DNA of 61,604 bases, counting the filler, from an uncultured bacterium (GTDB lineage: Bacteria; CAYJOG01): assembly GCA_964371695.1 (NCBI GenBank). It is 8 parts of 8 records of this genome, joined end to end, with 100 filler letters (N's around TTAATTAATTAA, not from the genome) between each part and the next. Parts side by side here need not be neighbours in the genome. Positions count along the whole stretch, not along the records: positions 38,667 to 46,252 come from CAYJOG010000123.1; positions 46,353 to 53,932 come from CAYJOG010000124.1; positions 54,033 to 61,604 come from CAYJOG010000125.1; 5 more parts are not named here. One strand, given 5' to 3'. Positions 45,032-54,033 of the stretch are shown here, piece after piece. Every line of letters starts with the position of its first letter. Positions within the stretch are counted from its first letter, which is position 1. The notes beneath the pieces were generated by a model. It did not search any database and had not been told where the DNA came from. It saw only the letters and a program-made list of their open reading frames with translations. The translations under genes were made by a program, and so were the position numbers.

Positions 45032-45123
45032 GTTGAACCTCCTGTGGAAGGGGCATTGTAAAAGCCAGTCCGTGGGACTTTGAAACGAACGGCAAAAATT
45101 TGCATGGCGTAAACTAAAATCCC

Positions 45124-45561
45124 ATGACCACGCCGCCCTTGCCACCGCCGCCCCTGGCCGAAGACACCCCCGGCATGGGGGAGTCGTTTTATGCGCCCGA
45201 CAGCAACGCCCGCAACTGGGCCATGGCCATTCACCTGAGCGCGCTGTTGGGCTGGCTGGGCAACGGTGTGTTGTGGGTGGCGGCCCCGCTGGTGCTGTGG
45301 TTGCTCAAACGCAACGAAAGCCCCTTTATTGACGACCAGGGCAAAGAGGCCGTGAACTTTCACCTCTCGCTGATCATTTGGGGGGCGCTGGGTTTTGTGG
45401 TGTGCCTGCCGCTGTTTTTCATCGTGGTGGGGGTTTTCATTTTTGTGCTGCTGGTGGGGGTGCTGTTTGTGGTGCAGGTGGTGTTTTCGGTGTTGGCGGC
45501 CATTTCGGCGTCTTCGGGCCAGCCCTATCGTTACCCCCTCACGTTGCGGTTGGTTAAATAG
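45124..45561 (+). CDS. DUF4870-like membrane protein
   Basis: WAMAIHLS, PLVLWLLK, QGKEAVNF, GQPYRYPLTLRLVK. Confidence 0.85.
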   Translation: MTTPPLPPPPLAEDTPGMGESFYAPDSNARNWAMAIHLSALLGWLGNGVLWVAAPLVLWLLKRNESPFIDDQGKEAVNFHLSLIIWGALGFVVCLPLFFIVVGVFIFVLLVGVLFVVQVVFSVLAAISASSGQPYRYPLTLRLVK

Positions 45562-45691
45562 GAGCCTGTTGGGAAAGTAGTCAAAAACCAGCCAACAGGC
45601 TCTTGCGCTCATGGATGAGCGCATTCGAAAACCGGAGCTTTGCAAAAGCGCAGGTTTTCGCGCTCGTGACGGAAATTCATTTTTCGTCACG
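45562..45691. repeat. Hairpin cluster starting with an 11-bp inverted repeat GAGCCTGTTGG...CCAACAGGCTC
   Basis: Inverted repeat at 45562-45602, then GCGCTCAT/ATGAGCGC and CGTGACG/CGTCACG stems. Confidence 0.5.
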
Positions 45692-45761
45692 GCGTGAACA
45701 AAAAGCCAGGGACGGCTTTTTGTTAGGGATTTTTAGAAGCGGCGATAATGGGCCGGTTCCC

Positions 45762-46252
45762 GTGACCGTCCCCGCCTCGCCGCCACAAGAGAAGCCACGC
45801 CACTGGGCGGCTGTGCATCTGGCGCTGTGGGGCGTGGCGCTTTTCATGATGCTGCCTGCGCTCGTGGCGGGCCAGCCCATGCATTCGCTGGATGGCCACT
45901 GGGGCTGGCGGGCCATGCGGTTCGCCCTGGAAAACCGGCCCGAAGGGGCGGTGTGGACCCCCCAGATGGGCGGGGCCTGGCCCTCAGCCCCTATTACCCC
46001 TTGGCAGACCTGTGGCTGGCGGCGGGTTATGACCGGTTTTTTGGCCTGTTTGTGGCGGCGCACCTGTGGCTGGCGGGCTGGGGAGTGTTCCGCTGGCTCA
46101 GGCTTTTTGGCGTGCGGGATGACCTGTCTCTGGCGGCGGCGGCGGCCTTCATGCTCAGCCCGCTGCTCACGGGGCGTCTGGTGCTGGACACGCACCTGGG
46201 TGTGGTGGCCGCCGCCAGGATGGCCCACCTGTTTGGTTCGGCCCCCCGCAGG
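45762..46252 (+). pseudogene. YfhO-like polytopic membrane glycosyltransferase, 5' part, apparent frameshift at G4 (45972-45975), truncated by contig end
   Basis: The first frame gives a TM helix then WTPQMGG; the other frame continues LALSPYYP...AHLWLAGWGVFRWLRLFG...AAAAAFMLS. One extra G would join them. Confidence 0.55.
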
Positions 46253-46352
46253 NNNNNNNNNNNNNNNNNNNNNNNNNNNNNNNNNNNNNNNNNNNNTTAA
46301 TTAATTAANNNNNNNNNNNNNNNNNNNNNNNNNNNNNNNNNNNNNNNNNNNN
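46253..46352. other. Artificial contig linker
   Basis: N44-TTAATTAATTAA-N44. Confidence 0.98.
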
Positions 46353-46547
46353 GTCTATGCCTTCGTGGTGGGCGTGATGGGCTCTGACGTGGGCATGGGG
46401 GCCATGGCCAAACAGATGAAGGCCATGATTGTGTCTCTGGGGTTGTTCAGCGGAGGGTTCTTTTTTGCCCGCGCCGGGTCGGTGGCGGACCCTGACGCAC
46501 CGTTGCCAGGAGAAAAAACGCCCAGCCCGAAAAAGGATCAGCCATGA
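46353..46547 (+). CDS. C-terminal fragment of a membrane protein
   Basis: Open from the contig start, hydrophobic; stop overlaps the next ATG (ATGA). Confidence 0.5.
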   Translation, partial: VYAFVVGVMGSDVGMGAMAKQMKAMIVSLGLFSGGFFFARAGSVADPDAPLPGEKTPSPKKDQP

Positions 46548-49500
46548 AAGCCCTCTGGCGCAAAAGATGGTTGGCGCGCCTGGCGGTTAACCTAACCGGA
46601 GTAGCGGCGACGCCCCCGTCGCCGCAAAGGGCAAAAATCCCTGGTTTCGTTCTGCATGTGGCGCGGCAGGGGTTGGGGCTGGTTGTTCTGGCGGGTCTGT
46701 TGGGGCTGAACGCCGGTTGTGGCGGTGGCGGCGGCGGGGGGCTGAAGGTGCCGCCGGGTGCCGCGCCCATCACCAGCGGTGGTGGATCGGGTGGTCTGGT
46801 CACCCCCTCTGTTCCCGACGTAGCCACGGTGTATCTCGACGCCACCAGCCTGGGGGCTGGGCGCAGCGCCCAGGCCGCAGCCGCCTGCGATGGCCTCACC
46901 AGTCCCTTCAAGCTGCACTCAGGCGCGCTGGCGCATTGTCAGGACACCCCCACCGGCATCACCACACCCCTCACCCTCACCGTCACCCTGAGCAGCAGCA
47001 CCCAGACCCAGACCCTCACCGGCGCGGCAGGGGTGAGCCTCAAGAATCTGCCCACCGGCCGCACCACCCTCAAGGTGAGCGGCCTGGGGCCGGAACGCAC
47101 CCTGACGGTGGAACTGGTGGCGGGCCTGACCATGCACCTGCGGGCGGTGGCCCAGGGGCAGGCCATGGCGCTGATGGGGGCCTATTCAGCTTCGGTGAAT
47201 CCGGCGCGGTTCCGGGAGTTTGATCAGGTGGGGTTCAACTGGCCCGTGGGTGAAGACCCGGTGTGGCACACTGACAACGGCGTGGCGTATGTGGACAAAA
47301 ACGCCGACGGTGTTTTGGGCCCCGGTGATGAAAGCACCTATGACCAGGACTTTGACGGCGTGGATGACGCCACCGACACCGACGACGACAACGACGCCAC
47401 CGCCGACAGCCAGGACACCGACAGCGACAACGACGGCTCCCTGGACAATCAGGACACCCAGGACACCGACGACGACAACGACGGCAAGCCGGACCTGACC
47501 GACACGGGCGATGGCGACCGGGACAACGACGGCATCCCCGACACCAGCGACACCACGGTGGACCCCTTCCTGAGAAGTTTTGCCCTCATGGCGGGGGCCG
47601 CTCCCCTGTCCACCGCCACGGTGGGCGCGGTGGTGGACCTGCTGGCGGTGACCGAGCCGTCCGGCGCGGCGGTGAGTTATCGCGTGAGCGGCGGCATGGT
47701 GTCCGGCAATGTGTGGACACTGCCCGTCACGCTCGGCGTGTTCAGCGTCACCGCCATTCTCACCAGCGCCAGTGTGCCGGGCCGCCGCACGCTGCACCTG
47801 TCGGTGGGTGTGGGCGGTCCCGCCCAGGTGGTGCATGATCCCGTGGCCTTTACCCTGCTGGTGGGCCAGACCCGCACGCTGGATTTCCGTGTGCTGGACG
47901 CCCAGGGCAACCTGCTCACCGCCACCCCCGCGCTCGTGCTTTCGGGCGGTGCGGTGACACTTCAGAACACCACCGTGCAGGCGGTCAAGCCCGGTCAGGC
48001 CACCGTCACCGCCACCCTGGGGGGCTTGTCGGCCAGTGTGCTGGTGAACGTGCCCGACACCACCGGCCCCGGCATCACGCTCAACGACACCGTGCCCGCC
48101 AGCACCATCAGCCCCTCGGTGGTGGTGGCCGGTTTTGTGAGCGACCCCGCCGTGACGCAGGTGAGCGTGACGGGCGGCGCTCTGCCGGTGACACTGAACG
48201 TGGGCAGCGGGTTTTTTGCGGGCGAGGTGCGACTGCCCCTGGGGGCCGTCACCCTCACCCTCAGCGCCACCGATGGCGCAGGCAACACCAGCACGGCCAC
48301 GGTTTCCACCACCCGTTTGCAGGACGTGTTGCCCACCCTCGCGCTTACACCCATTCCCCCGCTCACCATCGGCACAGACGTGCTGCTGAGCGGCCAGCTC
48401 ACCGACAACAACACCACACAGGTCACCGTGACCGCCGAGGGGGGATACCTCAACCTGCTGGAACTTTCCGCAGGCGGGGCCTTCAGTCTGGTGGTGCCAC
48501 TGAGCGTGGGGCTGAACACCCTCACCGTAAGCGCCATGGACGCCGTGGAAAACGCCGTGAGCCAGTCGCTCACCATCACGCGCCTGGAAAACAGCCTGCG
48601 CTCCCTCACCAGTCCCCAGTCGGGCCAGACGATTCTGCCGGGCCAGAGCGCCACGGTGGTGCTGGACGCGGGCAACATTCTGGGGGCGAGCGCCAGTGTG
48701 TGGATAGGCACGCTCAACGTGGGCGTGGCCCTGCGCGATGACGGCCAGTCGCCGGACCTGCTGTTGGGCGACGGCCTTTATACCGGTGTGCTCACCGCCC
48801 CGGCGGTGGGGCCGGTGGGGGCGGTGAACGGTCTGGCCACGCTCACCGATCAGCAGGGGGTGTCGGGCAGCATCGAGGGGCAGAACCTGTTTGTCTTCGA
48901 CGCCCGGCCCATTGTGGGCAACGTCTCCTGCGATTGCGCGGGCGTGACCAAACACAACGGCGACGTGGTCACCTTCACGCTTTCGGCCAGTGCCTATCCC
49001 GCCACCGGCACGGCCACGCTGGTGCTGGACGCGGACCTGGGCACGGTGGCCCTCACCGACACCGACGGCAACGGCCAGTACACCGGCCAGTTCACCGTGC
49101 CTGCGGCGGGCACCGGCACTTTTGGCGGCACGTTCACCTTCACCGACGCCCTGGGCAATGTGCGCACCGGCACCGGCACGGCCCTGCTGAGCATGGACAA
49201 CACCCCCGTCTGCACCTCCATCACTCACAACGCCACCGGCACACTGGTGGGTGGCAACGTGGTGCATGTGCGGGTGGATTGCGGTGCGGGCCTGGGGGTG
49301 TCGCTGCAATTCACCAACGGCAGCCAATTCCTCTACCAGGGTTTGCAGGTGCGCGACGATGGCCTGAACGGCGACGTCACGGCGGGCGACAACCTGTTTG
49401 AAACCGACCTCACCATTCCCAGTTGCACCGAGGTGCCCAACGGCGTCATCAGCCTCACCTTTACCGACCTGTTTGGCAACGGCGTCAACACCCAGGTGGG

Positions 49501-52500
49501 CAACCCGGTGGTGGTGCTGGCCGAGCCGGGCATCGGCACCTTCACCACCTCCATCAGCGCCGGGGCCACGGTGCGGGGCGGCACGCCGGTCACCTTCACC
49601 ATCACCGCGCCGGAAACCGGCGGCACGGCCACGGTGAACGCACTGGCCCTCAGCCAGACCTACACCCTCACCGAGCAGGGCGGGGGAACCTATTCCAGCA
49701 CCGTGAACATGCCGCTCTCCGGCTCGTTCACCGACGTGGACATGCAGGCGTTCTTTGCCAACGCCACCTGTCCCAATGTACAGAGCGACCCCATTGTGCT
49801 GGCGGATTATTTCGACCTCGACAACACACCCATCCTCAGCAACTTCGCCCACGCAGGCACAGGCGGCACGGTGTTCACCGGCGGTCAGGGTTGGACAGTG
49901 AGTGTGCAGGGGCCAGAAAACGCCCAGAGCGTGACGGTGCAGATCATTGGCCTGGGAGATGTCTATACATTGCCCCAAGTGGCGGCGCTGGGGGGCGGCG
50001 AGGCCAGTTACAGCGCGTCTCTGGTGGTGACGGGCACGGGCAGCGTAGACGCCGCCGACGTGAAGGTGACTTTTGTAGACGCCCTGGGCAACACGGGCTA
50101 CACCACGCTCACCACCAGCATGACGCTGGACAACACCGCTCCGCCCATGGTCACGGGTTTCAGCGCCCAGGCCAGCGGCACCTTTGCGCGCCTCACTTTT
50201 ACCCGCCCCAGCAGCGACACCACGGGTTATCTCATCCAGCGCAGCGCCGAGAACCTGAGCGACTTCACCAACAGTTTCCCCCTGTCTTCCTCTGCCGCCA
50301 GCCTGACTTATGACGACACGGCGGTGAGCGCGGGGGGAACCTATACCTATCGTGTGGTGGCGGTGGACCGTGTGGGTTTGATGTCCCCCGCGAGCGCCAC
50401 ACAGACCGTGGCGGTGGGCACGCCCCAGGCCCCCACGCTGAGCCGCCCCGTGCCCCGTGGCACGGCAGACGGCGGCGGCCTGCAACTGCGCTGGCCGACG
50501 TATCTGGGCGGGGCCACGGTGAACACGGTGAAGATTTACCGGGGCTTCAGCGACGCCGTGGGCAGCGCCGACCCAGGCTCCACCGAGTTGTTGAGCCAGA
50601 GTCTGGTGGTGTTCCAGGCGGCCACCACCTTCAACGACACCCTCACCAGCAGCGAGGGGGTGTATTACTACCGCAGCGAAATATGGACTGACTTTGGCGA
50701 ACATGTCACGGGGCAAGTCATCAGCCAGAGCATCAGCGCCCTGTGGCAGCTTTATTACGACCCCGGCGACGTGGCGAACGCCGGACTTGTGCGGCGGCTG
50801 ACGGGGGGCGACGACGGCAACGTGAGCGGCGGCGACGACAACACATTGGCGGGTTCGCTGCACTACAGCGTCACCAGCGGCCTCACGGGCCTGAGCGAAA
50901 AAAGCCGCCTCAAGGCCGACGCCAACCTGGGGGTGCTGCTGGTGACCCGCCCCGGTGCGGGGGCGGTGTCGGTGCTGGACTTGGCGGGCAACACGGTGGG
51001 CGAAGTCACTGGGCTTTCCAACCCCACGCACATCGAGCTGGACACCGCGCGGGGCTGGGCCTATGTCGTCACGGGCAGCGGCCCCTATGGCGTCACCCGC
51101 ATCGACTACACCACGCCCTCGGCCCCCATGTCCACGCCCTTTGGCACAGACGTGCTGGGGGCGAGCCTTTCCACCCCCAACGAACCCAGGGCCATCACGG
51201 TGGACAGCGGCTCTGGCCGGGTGTTTCTGGAAGGCGTGGACAGTCGCCCCCAGGCCAATGACTACAACGCCTCTTCGGCGCTCAGCATCACCTTCACCGA
51301 AACCGGCGGCTTGGCGGGCAACGGCGACATCACCGCCAGTGCAGATCTTGGCTCACTCAACGACGGGGCTTTTCCGGACGTGGAAAACAATGTGGACCTC
51401 ACCATGCTGCTCACCATCAACATCGGTGGGGCCACCATCGGAGCCAGTGATCCGCTCATCCTTTCGATCTCGGTCAACAGCAAGCCGGTCAAAACCATCA
51501 AGTGGTCTGGGGCCACCAACGATCTGAACGTGGTGCCGCCGCTCAAGTTCGCCCTGCCCCGGTCCATCTTCAAGTTCCAGACCGGCAGCCCCGACACCAT
51601 CGAGGTGCAGAACATCAGCCACCATCAATACAAGGGCCGCATCGCTTCGGGCGCGGTGTGTCCCGCTCCCGACAGCGGCGCCACCAGTTGGTGTTATGTG
51701 CGCAACACCAGTAACAGAATTGACCTGCGCATTGCACTGTTGACGAATCCTGTCGCCGCCGTCCGCAGCATTGGTGTGTATGACACGAACGGCACGGAAC
51801 TGGGGTGGATCACCGATTCGTTGTCTTCCAGCGACATGGTGGCCACGGCCGACGGCAACTTTTTTGTGGCCGAAGACTGGCGGGACATGGGGTATTCCAG
51901 CAGTTCCAACAAGTCTTTTTCGCTGATGCAGAGCACAGCTTTTTCGGACTTCGCGAGCAACCCGGTGTATGACGGCACCAACAACCCCATCGGCAACCGC
52001 CAGTTTTACAGCCTTGGCTCGCGCAATGATCTTTCGTTCCGTCGCCGGGGCGTGGCCGATGGCGGCAATCCCAAAATCGGCTGGATCGCTCCCAACCGGG
52101 TGCATGCTTCTACCAACGACAGCGGGGCCACCTATGACCTGTGGCTGAGCGCGCCGCTTTACCGCTACGCCACCAACACCTCGCTGCCCAGCCGCAGTGG
52201 CCCCAGCGCCGAGACCATGCCCATGTCCGTGGCACGGTGTTCCAATGCGGGGGGCGGCGTGGGTTGTTTCACCCCCGGCACGCCGTCGTGGTTTTATGTG
52301 GGTTTCACCAACCCCACCGCCATGGCCGAAGACACCCCCAACAACCGGCTTTATGTGTGCGACCCCGGCGCGGCCAAGGTGTATGTGTTCCACGACACCA
52401 GCCAGTCCATTCCCGCCACCTGTCTGGATGGCCCCGACGCCAACGGCCTGGGACTGGACGACGACGTTTACAGCGCCTGCAACACCGTGACCACGCCCGG

Positions 52501-52567
52501 CAGCCTTTTCAAAGAAGAAACCGCCCAGGTGGGCGGGGCCTGTGAACTGGTCGTGGCCCGGCCGTGA
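46544..52567 (+). CDS. 2007 aa surface lipoprotein: Asp-rich Ca-binding repeats, multiple Ig-like domains, FN3, NHL/YVTN-like propeller
   Basis: Lipobox LNAGC + G7; DxDxDG repeats; SATDGAGN / SAMDAVEN Ig strands; two (L/V)RDDG..D...GD..(Y/F) motifs; YTYRVVAVDRVG (FN3); NPTHIELD / PRAITVD / NPTAMAED blades. Alternative GTG start at 46658. Confidence 0.82.
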   Translation: MKALWRKRWLARLAVNLTGVAATPPSPQRAKIPGFVLHVARQGLGLVVLAGLLGLNAGCGGGGGGGLKVPPGAAPITSGGGSGGLVTPSVPDVATVYLDATSLGAGRSAQAAAACDGLTSPFKLHSGALAHCQDTPTGITTPLTLTVTLSSSTQTQTLTGAAGVSLKNLPTGRTTLKVSGLGPERTLTVELVAGLTMHLRAVAQGQAMALMGAYSASVNPARFREFDQVGFNWPVGEDPVWHTDNGVAYVDKNADGVLGPGDESTYDQDFDGVDDATDTDDDNDATADSQDTDSDNDGSLDNQDTQDTDDDNDGKPDLTDTGDGDRDNDGIPDTSDTTVDPFLRSFALMAGAAPLSTATVGAVVDLLAVTEPSGAAVSYRVSGGMVSGNVWTLPVTLGVFSVTAILTSASVPGRRTLHLSVGVGGPAQVVHDPVAFTLLVGQTRTLDFRVLDAQGNLLTATPALVLSGGAVTLQNTTVQAVKPGQATVTATLGGLSASVLVNVPDTTGPGITLNDTVPASTISPSVVVAGFVSDPAVTQVSVTGGALPVTLNVGSGFFAGEVRLPLGAVTLTLSATDGAGNTSTATVSTTRLQDVLPTLALTPIPPLTIGTDVLLSGQLTDNNTTQVTVTAEGGYLNLLELSAGGAFSLVVPLSVGLNTLTVSAMDAVENAVSQSLTITRLENSLRSLTSPQSGQTILPGQSATVVLDAGNILGASASVWIGTLNVGVALRDDGQSPDLLLGDGLYTGVLTAPAVGPVGAVNGLATLTDQQGVSGSIEGQNLFVFDARPIVGNVSCDCAGVTKHNGDVVTFTLSASAYPATGTATLVLDADLGTVALTDTDGNGQYTGQFTVPAAGTGTFGGTFTFTDALGNVRTGTGTALLSMDNTPVCTSITHNATGTLVGGNVVHVRVDCGAGLGVSLQFTNGSQFLYQGLQVRDDGLNGDVTAGDNLFETDLTIPSCTEVPNGVISLTFTDLFGNGVNTQVGNPVVVLAEPGIGTFTTSISAGATVRGGTPVTFTITAPETGGTATVNALALSQTYTLTEQGGGTYSSTVNMPLSGSFTDVDMQAFFANATCPNVQSDPIVLADYFDLDNTPILSNFAHAGTGGTVFTGGQGWTVSVQGPENAQSVTVQIIGLGDVYTLPQVAALGGGEASYSASLVVTGTGSVDAADVKVTFVDALGNTGYTTLTTSMTLDNTAPPMVTGFSAQASGTFARLTFTRPSSDTTGYLIQRSAENLSDFTNSFPLSSSAASLTYDDTAVSAGGTYTYRVVAVDRVGLMSPASATQTVAVGTPQAPTLSRPVPRGTADGGGLQLRWPTYLGGATVNTVKIYRGFSDAVGSADPGSTELLSQSLVVFQAATTFNDTLTSSEGVYYYRSEIWTDFGEHVTGQVISQSISALWQLYYDPGDVANAGLVRRLTGGDDGNVSGGDDNTLAGSLHYSVTSGLTGLSEKSRLKADANLGVLLVTRPGAGAVSVLDLAGNTVGEVTGLSNPTHIELDTARGWAYVVTGSGPYGVTRIDYTTPSAPMSTPFGTDVLGASLSTPNEPRAITVDSGSGRVFLEGVDSRPQANDYNASSALSITFTETGGLAGNGDITASADLGSLNDGAFPDVENNVDLTMLLTINIGGATIGASDPLILSISVNSKPVKTIKWSGATNDLNVVPPLKFALPRSIFKFQTGSPDTIEVQNISHHQYKGRIASGAVCPAPDSGATSWCYVRNTSNRIDLRIALLTNPVAAVRSIGVYDTNGTELGWITDSLSSSDMVATADGNFFVAEDWRDMGYSSSSNKSFSLMQSTAFSDFASNPVYDGTNNPIGNRQFYSLGSRNDLSFRRRGVADGGNPKIGWIAPNRVHASTNDSGATYDLWLSAPLYRYATNTSLPSRSGPSAETMPMSVARCSNAGGGVGCFTPGTPSWFYVGFTNPTAMAEDTPNNRLYVCDPGAAKVYVFHDTSQSIPATCLDGPDANGLGLDDDVYSACNTVTTPGSLFKEETAQVGGACELVVARP
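46599..46648 (+). repeat. GAGTAGCGGCG-family REP-like element inside the 5' end of the lipoprotein ORF
   Basis: GAGTAGCGGCGACGCCCCCGTCGCCGCAAAGGGCAAAAATCCCTG, nearly identical to the intergenic copy at 53833. Confidence 0.85.
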
Positions 52568-52642
52568 CGGCTTACTTTTTGTCCGAACAAGCCGAATGTT
52601 CCCTCTCCTCATAAAGGGGCTTGTCCTTACCCACAAGTTGGC

Positions 52643-52887
52643 GTCATTCCCGCGAAAGCGGAAATCCAGTCCAATATAAACAGCACCGACTCCCCTCTCC
52701 CCTTTACGGGGAGAGGGTGGCGCGGAGCGCCGGGTGAGGGGTTTATTCAAAAGCAAAAACCGCTGTCCCTTCTCCCGCCCGAAAGATGGGAGAAGGAAAA
52801 AGGTGGGGCTTTTTGCTTTACGCAGGCAAGATGCCTGCGCCACCAGTTTTTTGTTTTGATCTGGATTCCCGCCTTCGCGGGAATGAC
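52643..52887. repeat. Composite inverted REP element with nested palindromes
   Basis: GTCATTCCCGCGAAAGCGGAAATCCAG at 52643 and reverse copy at 52861-52887, enclosing CCCCTCTCCCC...GGGGAGAGGG and GCAGGCAAGATGCCTGC hairpins. Confidence 0.8.
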
Positions 52888-53027
52888 GGCGGAGTCCCCC
52901 CTGTTTCTGCTGGTATTGCCGTCTGGCCCCGCCCAAGTCCAAAAAGATGTGGGTAATGACAAGCCGCTGGGAAAAGGGTCATGTGGCTACAACCCCACCA
53001 AAATCAAAAACACCATAAACTACCGCC

Positions 53028-53810
53028 ATGAGCAAAGCAGACGACGGCATCAAGGTGTTGCAGGACGGCCCCGCGACCTCCTATCACGAAAAGGCCCCGG
53101 CCATTGACTTCAAGGAGTTTGAAAAGGTGGTGACAAGCCGCCGCAGCGTGCGCAAGTTTTTGCCTGAGCCGGTGCCGGGCGACGTGCTCAACCACTGCAT
53201 CGATCTGGCGCTGCTTTCGCCCAACTCCAGCAATTTGCAGATGTGGGAGTTTGTGGTGGTGAAGTCGCCAGAGGCCCGCGAAAAACTGGCGAAGGCCTGC
53301 ATGAGCCAGATGGCGGCGCGCACCGCCCCCACGCTGGTGGTGGCCCTGGCCCACACGGCGCGGTGGAAGGACATCAACCACCGCATGATCACCGAGCTGA
53401 AAAAACACGGCGAGTCTGCCAAGGCGGGCCTGCTCTATTACCAGAAAATCGTGCCCCTGGCCTATGACATGGGGCCTTTGGGCGTGATGGGTCCGGTGAA
53501 GTGGGCGCTGCTGAATGGCCGGGGGCTGTTTGAGCCGACACCCCGTGGGCCGGTAAACGAAGCCGACCTGCGGGTGTGGGCGCACAAAAGCGTGGCGCTG
53601 GCGTGCCAGACACTCATGCTCGCGCTACGGGCCGCCGGTTATGACTCCTGCCCCATGGAGGGCTTCGACGAAAAACTGGTGCAAAAAGTGGTGGGCAAAC
53701 ACCCCGGCCAGGAAGTCTGCATGGTGGTGGCGGCGGGCAAGCGCGACAAGGGCGGCATCTGGGGCGAACGCCTGCGATTTGAACGGGAACTGTTTGTGCG
53801 GGAGGTGTGA
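53028..53810 (+). CDS. Nitroreductase family protein
   Basis: SRRSVRKF, LSPNSSNLQMWEFVVV, LMLALRAAGYDSCPMEGFD. Confidence 0.92.
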   Translation: MSKADDGIKVLQDGPATSYHEKAPAIDFKEFEKVVTSRRSVRKFLPEPVPGDVLNHCIDLALLSPNSSNLQMWEFVVVKSPEAREKLAKACMSQMAARTAPTLVVALAHTARWKDINHRMITELKKHGESAKAGLLYYQKIVPLAYDMGPLGVMGPVKWALLNGRGLFEPTPRGPVNEADLRVWAHKSVALACQTLMLALRAAGYDSCPMEGFDEKLVQKVVGKHPGQEVCMVVAAGKRDKGGIWGERLRFERELFVREV

Positions 53811-53832
53811 GGGTTCAAAAAGCCCTCAATCA

Positions 53833-53912
53833 GAGTAGCGGCGACGTCCCCGTCGCCGTGAAGGGCAAAAACCCCTGATTTTTCACCAATTTCTGGAGTA
53901 GGCGCGACGCCC
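53833..53912 (+). repeat. GAGTAG-family REP-like elements at contig end
   Basis: GAGTAGCGGCGACGTCCCCGTCGCCGTGAAGGGCAAAAACCCCTG and GGAGTAGGCGCGACGCCC. Confidence 0.8.
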
Positions 53913-53932
53913 ATTTCTGTCAGGTTTTTGGT

Positions 53933-54032
53933 NNNNNNNNNNNNNNNNNNNNNNNNNNNNNNNNNNNNNNNNNNNNTTAATTAATTAANNNNNNNNNNNN
54001 NNNNNNNNNNNNNNNNNNNNNNNNNNNNNNNN
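53933..54032. other. Artificial contig linker
   Basis: N44-TTAATTAATTAA-N44. Confidence 0.98.
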
Positions 54033-54033
54033 C

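Noticed and set aside
47186-51031. 1281 aa minus-strand ORF (and similar long antisense ORFs, e.g. 34609-37011, 2690-3916, 11183-12580)
   Set aside because: Antisense shadows of GC3-biased genes; His/Gly/Arg-rich with no motifs, while the opposite strand has coherent domains.
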